A stretch of 62,893 nt of DNA, counting the filler, from Sphacelaria rigidula (Eukaryota), in the NCBI GenBank assembly GCA_964200075.2. It is 9 parts of 9 records of this genome, joined end to end, with 100 filler letters (N's around TTAATTAATTAA, not from the genome) between each part and the next. Parts side by side here need not be neighbours in the genome. Positions count along the whole stretch, not along the records: positions 55,996 to 62,893 come from CAXNAA020017516.1; 8 more parts are not named here. One strand, 5' to 3'. How positions within the stretch are numbered: position 1 is the stretch's first letter; every line of letters begins with the position of its first letter. Shown piece by piece: positions 56,481 through 62,893 of this stretch. Made by a program: the position numbers and the translations under genes. Below the pieces are notes generated by a model. That model was not told the origin of the DNA, made no database searches, and saw nothing but the letters and a program-made list of their open reading frames with translations.

Positions 56481-58808
56481 GAGAGGAGGGAAGGGAGGAG
56501 AGGGGTAATGAGATTCGAGTTCTACATTTTTACTTTTATTCGGTCGTGGTATTGTAGGCCTCGTCACTGTAGCCCGCCGTCTCTCACCTTTTTCAGCACA
56601 TCTACATCTATGGCAGACAAGTTCACACCTTGTCTTTCGTTTCACGAGTAGTCACCGCCGAGTTAAGGGCGATAAGTTAGTGCCCGTAAGGTGCATGGCG
56701 TTACAATGGTAGCCCCTCCCAATATGTCAGACTCTGATCCCGAAGCATACGATGCCGCATCATTTTTACTCAAAAACGCTTTCGAAATTTTCGAGGTTGC
56801 GTTCCGTAGGGTATAAAAGCCGGGTGTTTAAACAACAATAAAACAGTTTTTTTATCGGCAAAAGAATTCGGAATAGGGCTCAATGCCCTGCCGAACGACA
56901 GCGGAATATTTTCGATACACATGCCGGTATGGCTTTGGTATGCCAACCAAAAATCCTTCATCTCCGGGTATATTATACCCTACAGAACACAACCTCGGAA
57001 ACATTTCATGTTTGGGCTACTTACCGTAAATAGCCTGTGCATTAATATCAAGGGTCGGACGAATGAATGATTCGTCTGGAAATTAGTTGACTTTAGTGTT
57101 GTTGATTCGTACCGTACGAAGCAATCCTTCGGCTTTGTTTTCAGCGTTCCAACCCAGGTACGCGCAGTCCAGGCACGTGGAATGGCGGAAAAATTGCGTG
57201 GAGACCTTTTCGACCAGTGGTCAACTTTTTCTTTTCTTCACTCTTTTGAGCAATCAGGCCTGAAAAATCGTCGATTTGGTGATTCAAACCGCCGATGATT
57301 CGTCCGGACCTTGATTAATATCATGAAATACATCATACAGTCAACAGGGTGCACACTTCCTCATGTTCAAGGTTCTTGGTCCATGGGGTACGCCCCGAAT
57401 GCGGTCTGTTGGGAGACAGGGCGGGTGGCGGCGAGTGGTAGCCCCTGCCCGCCGCATACAGAGGCACAGGACCTATACATGGGAATGATATTATTGTAGT
57501 GAATTAAATTATTTGCGCGAAGCGCGGTTATGGCCGAGCGTTCAAAATCGGCACCCGGCAAACACTGAGGACCCGTTTAAAACCAGCCAAATGACTGAAA
57601 CATGGGACATGTCATGTTTCACTGTACTGCAGCAAAAACACACTCACGTCCGCTCTCATATGTGCTGTAGCTATCACTGTTCTGTGGGGTGTTTAACCTT
57701 GCGAAGACGGTTTGGTCTCCGCTGAGCTTGCCTCAGTTGCTGCACTGTTGTGTTCGTCTCTCTGTAAGATGTAGTATCACAGTCGGGACGCAGTGCGGTC
57801 TACACACTTGACTGTCTCTTGAAAACTTCATGGTACCCGGACCCATCATTTGCGCGATACCAAACATGGCTGGGTAAAGACACACAACCAACGCCGGTAT
57901 ACACCGCTCCACCGGCTGGGCCAGACCCCGCGCTCCGATGAAAGGAGCAACGCACGGCATAGTGCGAATGTACTGCACTGCCAGGGTATTGCTTGCACCT
58001 GTCAACATGGCGGCCGCTGCCGCTGGCATCGGCGTCAGGGCTCGCGGCCACGGAAAGACACAACCAGCCATGGCAAGATGAGGATATACCGATACACGAG
58101 CATCGCAATGACCCACTGTGGCGGAAATGTACCACTCACTGTCTGCTTGTCTGCTTGCAGCTTTGTCTTTCTGCTGCTGTTCTATCCGTCCCGGCGTACA
58201 CTACAGGTGTGACTCGAGTGTGCGAGCCAACCACAAGCATTTTTCACTACATATTTCACTACGAAGGTCGCATTTCATTGGCGCTAGGCTCCGCCGATTC
58301 CTTGCTGAAGGGCCTCTGATTGGTTGAATTTCACATTTCACAACAAAAATCTATCCCCACGTATGGGAACTGTGCCCATACAGAACAACATATACGTACC
58401 ATTAATGGTACGTGAAAGAGTAGTGATACGAACCACACCGCTTCACCTCCTCTCCCCTCCGTCCCCCCATCCCCCACTCGAAACACTGATATTTATTCTT
58501 GGTGAGGCCATACACTATTCGCGACGCCTGGATATACCGCAACGGCCGTCAAACTTCCTGCAAAAATATCATGATTGGAACTGTAACAGCTACCCTACGT
58601 TTTTGTCATGCTTCATTTTTCGAGCACGTCAAAAGGGTACTACTCACTAATCTCTGTGTCGAAGGTACTTGGTACCCGGGGGGTACGCGCGCCCTGAGGT
58701 GTGGTATGCAAGTTTGTTCTCCCCCATCCTTCTTCCCCCTCCCCTACTGTATAAGAAGTACGCAAGTCTCGCCGCTTGAACTGATAGTCGCTGAAGTGTT
58801 TCTCTCAC

Positions 58809-61800
58809 CGTCCATGAGTTCCAGGATGAGAGTCATGTTATTGCGGAGGGTATCTTCGTCGAAGTCACGCTTGAAGTAGGCTTTGAAGATCCGGATCTTC
58901 TGGTACAGAAACTCCAACACCATGGCCGGGTTCACGTTGCCTCGTGTCACCGCGACGAAGTACAGGTTGATGTGTCTCGTGTATACGAAGGTGTTCCCAT
59001 CCAGCTGCAACGCAGCACAAATGCCGCCCGCCCCCCCCCCAAAAAAAACGACAGCGATACGACAAGCATGGTAACGAGTGAGGCCTCTTGCTGTGGGTGC
59101 AATATATTTATATATATATATATATATATCTTGATTAAAACATGCCTGCTTTAGCCGTTCGCCGGTTATTTTTTCCCGTAAAATAGAGGCCTGACGGATT
59201 CTGCCACCTTGGGGAAGACTGCTCGCAAGGACTACAGAGCATTTTTTTACGCCGTTCGTGCGCGGCCTCACTTGATCTTGGTCGGAATATCGATTTCCCA
59301 TACAATCCGAAATATTGACACATTCCTGCGAGGTTCTTCAAGCTATATTCTTCAAGAGCTCAGAGGACATTTTTGTATGCATGACAAATTGCTAGGTCCG
59401 GCCGAAAGTCAAACATGGGCGGACGAGATAACGGGAAAATGCGCCGGAATCTTGCCCGGAGAGTACGTGCAGCAAGTTATTCCGAGGTGACAACGCAATC
59501 CGTTGAACCCCTTTTGGGAGGGGCAAACCTAGGAGCTAAATTGCCAAAAAAATAAGCACACATACACACACTAGAAGCAGGTTGAGGAGGAGACGAAAAA
59601 AAGAAATCGGAAAATCAGTGGTGAGGATGATGAGTTAATGATAATAATGACAAACGATGATGACGACCATGACGACCATGATGAAGGGACGGAACGCACA
59701 TACATAGTGTTGTGAACTGGCAGTCAGTTTGACTAACCGGTTACAGTTAACTGGTACAACTGGTTATCTGATCGGTTTTGTAACCAGTTAAACAAGTTAT
59801 TTCACCCAACATATGTGTCATACTGTATGACACTAGATCTGTGAACTGGGTGCCAGTTTAACTGACCAGTTACACTTGACTTGTACATCTGGTTAACTAA
59901 TTGATTTTGAAACCAGTTGAACCAGTTACTTGACCCGACGTATGTGTCATACTCCAAAGTGTTATGTGCCCGTATGCGTCATACTCAAGTCAATATTTAT
60001 GACGTATTGCCGTACTACAATGACTGTGGGGACGCTGTTACAGAGGCGAGTACATGACCGCACAGCGCACACACATAGACGGAGACACGAATATCGCAGA
60101 CAATATCTTCTGATAAAAAAATATACAGATTGGGCACGGACAGTTGTTGATTGAGCGGATTTGAAATGTGAAGCAAGACTGCGTTGAATAGCGTTGTTGT
60201 GTGTGCTTTGCTTCATTCTCTCGGTATTAAGCGTTAAGCGTTCAGTGGTGGCTGGTCAATACGATACCAAAGCATGAGGAAGAGTCGAGATTTATGTTGA
60301 ATTCTCCTGGCTGATGAGGTCACACTCAATGTCGCCACCAACTTGTCGTGCTACAAGCAGTTCCTGGCGCTCGGGTGGTACACGCGGCACGCCATGTATG
60401 CTGCACTACATGCTGATGGGTATATTTTCGAGAGAATCGAGTACATCCGTCGACACCTCGGCTCGGCGTCCGTTTGGGATATACACTGCCATATCTCGAC
60501 ACGAGGGGCCAAGTGGTCTTACGCATGCATCGGTACCGCCATTTCCTCCACGCGGCACATACATACATTCGAGGCGGTTTTTGCCGCAAGTATCACAACA
60601 TGAAAAAGGATGCGGCGCGTACGTTACGCCCGAGTCAAACAAAAAAGCAAAAATCAACGGTCCAACGAGCAAAGCGCGACTATTTCGCGTCGTGGGCACT
60701 ACTTGGCAACACAAGATACGTTTGCAAAACCAAACCCTAGATCCCACGGTGGGCGAACAGCCGGAGCGAGCGACCACTCACAAAAAACACGATTCCAGAC
60801 GACCTTTGATTCCCCTCCATAGGCCAAGGACTTCATTCAGTACACGCGGTGATACTAAAAGTCGATTCTCGATTTTTCCCGTCAACGAGACTCCCGCGCC
60901 GCTGCAAGATTCTCGGTTGCCAAATATCTAGACGAGAAAATTCTGAGCACACAACTTGGATTATTATCGGCGACGTGGCTGCCGCAGCTGAGGAGGGCAT
61001 GGAGGTCGACGTCTTCATCGCCCGGTGTGGCCATCTCCATGAGCTCCACGATAGTACTGTGCTTGACTTCATTTGGGATAGGTGGGTTGGTGATGGATGG
61101 GTGAGAAGTACGACAGGGAGGTTTGAAAAGTGACACCTCGTTGTACTTTTGTAGCAGGGCAAAAAGTAAAGCTATGTGAAATGGTTAGTTCCACTGCATT
61201 TTCCGAATCACATTTCTGGAAAGCGGCACATATCGGTGTTGCCTCGCGCAAAAATCTGGACGGGTGTTGCGTGTCCAGAAACACCATCACAGCACTGTTG
61301 ACGGTGTCTGGTCGCCGCCGGCTGCATCGAAAATGTACACACACACACGCGTGCGCGCGGACTACCCCGCGCCCCACTTAATGTGCTGTACTGTATGGTG
61401 TTATTGCTGTCTGCCGTGTACGCCGCGTGCGCCTTGGTGGACATGATTCAACACACGCATGCGGCTACTATTCCACTTCACATGGGGTTAAAAACTACAG
61501 ATATATTGGATTCGTCAAAAACTGGATCATGACCAACTTGAGAAAAAAACTGTGCGCAAAAAGATTGCGCTGTGTACAGGTGCACAACGGCCACTACTAC
61601 CTCTGAGCCGAAGCTCTCAAGAGTAGTGCGGCGCGTGCACTACGCCAAATTGACAGGCGTTTTTAGAGGGTCGGACTCCCACACTGCCTTGAGCAAAGCT
61701 TGCCAACGCTCGAGGCGTCTGTCCCACATCCCACATGACTGCCGCAAGGCAGTCTAGCTGAGCCTCCCGGTAATCGGCGCGCGAACCCGCTTGCGAGCCC

Positions 61801-62763
61801 AGTGTTGGGCAAGGCTTCCTCCTTATATCTAGCAGCCTGCGCCTCCTGCATGTTCGCTAGGCTCTTGCCGACTATGCTATAATAGTTCAGGTCTCTTGTA
61901 TCGATTATAGAAGAAAAAAGTTTGGTGAGAGCATAATCGGTAGTAATGTTCATGCACGATTGTTGCAACATGAAAGGTGTCATTTTTCGTGAGCGCTGCC
62001 GTACTCTGCCGCATCCTTTCCTACATTCATTGTGCGTGCAATCGGCATCAACGAGCACAGACTTAAGGTTGATTGCATTGCGTTGCGTTTGCGCTATTAA
62101 TAGGTGGAGTGGAGTGTGGTAGCTAGCTGGGTGGTGGAGCCCGAGTGGACAGGTGGCGAAGCTAGGGTGTGTGGGAGGGTGGGGAGAAACCAGGGATGGG
62201 TGTTCGGAGCCGGTGCACCTGATAGTTGAGAGAAAACATGAATGTACGCCTCAGGTTTTCATGTAGATAAGCAAATCGGTTAAAACGTTAAAACAGGGTA
62301 CAGGTACGGCCGCCGCGACTCGGTGGTCTAATGATCATCATCCAACTGACACCATCACGGGAGGATAGAGCGCGGGTTCGATTCCCACCAGAAAACTTTT
62401 TCTTTTTTTTCGCCAAGTATTTGATTCCAGCCGTTGATAATGTGAGGATATAAATAGCAAAATAAGTGCTCAAGCAAGTTTATTTGACGAGAGTTGATGC
62501 GGTGCGGGAGTGCTGATAGTCATGATCCAATCCGCAAAACCGAAAAGCAAGGCGTGTACTGGGGCAGGGATGGATTGATCCCTTGAGAACACGGACTCCT
62601 CCCGAGGAAGAGGAGGGGTTGAGCGTGAGATGGGGAAAAAAAAGAAGCACATTTGCAAGTACCATCTTCACTCACGAGCTTGATGGGTGGGGATGACCCC
62701 GTTTCCTTTGACGCGATGACCTTGAGCCGAAAGGCGTCAGCAGCTGTTTTTGTGACGTCATCC
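58809..62763 (-). CDS. AP2M1: Partial spliced gene: AP-2 clathrin adaptor complex mu subunit, N-terminal longin-like domain. Exons 62763-62676 and 59004-58809.
   Basis: (R)DDVTKTAADAFRLKVIASKETGSSPPIKL / LDGNTFVYTRHINLYFVAVTRGNVNPAMVLEFLYQKIRIFKAYFKRDFDEDTLRNNMTLILELMD, with AG/GT boundaries and a phase-0 join. RDD....DAFR..VI and NVN.AMVFEFLY are typical of mu2. Confidence 0.9.
59712..59955. repeat. Two tandem ~128-bp units rich in AACTGG/CCAGTT inverted motifs
   Basis: GTGAACTGG...CAGTTT.ACT.ACC.GTTACA...AACCAGTT.AAC.AGTTA...TATGTGTCATACT occurs at ~59712-59824 and ~59841-59953. Confidence 0.75.
62304..62643 (+). mobile_element. tRNA-derived SINE family C, best-preserved copy (intronic, antisense to AP2M1)
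   Basis: A-box-like TGGTCTAATGA (62324) and B-box GGTTCGATTCC (62375), followed by an AT-rich middle and a body shared with three other copies. Confidence 0.8.
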
Positions 62764-62819
62764 CTGCGTGCCCACCGCCCCCGGAGAACAAAAAAAACAT
62801 TCAAAAACGCGAGCAAGGA

Positions 62820-62893
62820 AGGGAGGGGAGGGGCGGCGGCGGGGGGGGGGGTGTACTCATGATCTTGCATGCCGTAGTCATGTGACCATTGAC
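62820..62893 (-). mobile_element. 3' end and C-rich tail of SINE-like family A
   Basis: G-tract followed by TGTACTCATGATCTTGCATGCCGTAGTCATGTGACCATTGAC. Confidence 0.85.

Noticed and set aside
62310-62392. tRNA gene
   Set aside because: A/B boxes are present but there is no convincing acceptor or anticodon stem, and it is fused to a repeated body, so it is a SINE head.
1-62893. Gene neighbourhood or cluster linking the deacetylase, trafficking genes and UBR4
   Set aside because: The contigs are concatenated by length with artificial linkers, so adjacency carries no biological meaning.

Overview
This window is not one locus. It is nine unrelated ~6.9-kb contigs (1-6900, 7001-13900, 14001-20900, 21001-27899, 28000-34898, 34999-41897, 41998-48896, 48997-55895, 55996-62893) joined by identical artificial 100-nt linkers (N44-TTAATTAATTAA-N44). 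The DNA is eukaryotic, with short exons, kb-long GT-AG introns and many repeats. Gene style and repeat content point to a brown alga (Phaeophyceae; inference). Most ORFs in the six-frame track are spurious. By splicing manually I can support parts of six genes: a cNMP-binding protein with an atypical kinase start, BIG/UBR4, an Agd3/CE18-like polysaccharide deacetylase, TRAPPC12 (possibly complete), importin beta-1 and the AP-2 mu subunit. The rest is decayed LINEs, at least three SINE-like families, MITEs and large fold-back structures. The two most interesting signals are (1) an intron-rich Agd3-like hexosamine-polymer deacetylase with all catalytic motifs intact, in an organism not known to make such a polymer, and (2) a LINE/SINE pair that ends in poly(C) instead of poly(A) and appears to insert into C-tracts. 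All family assignments come from recalled motifs, not database searches.
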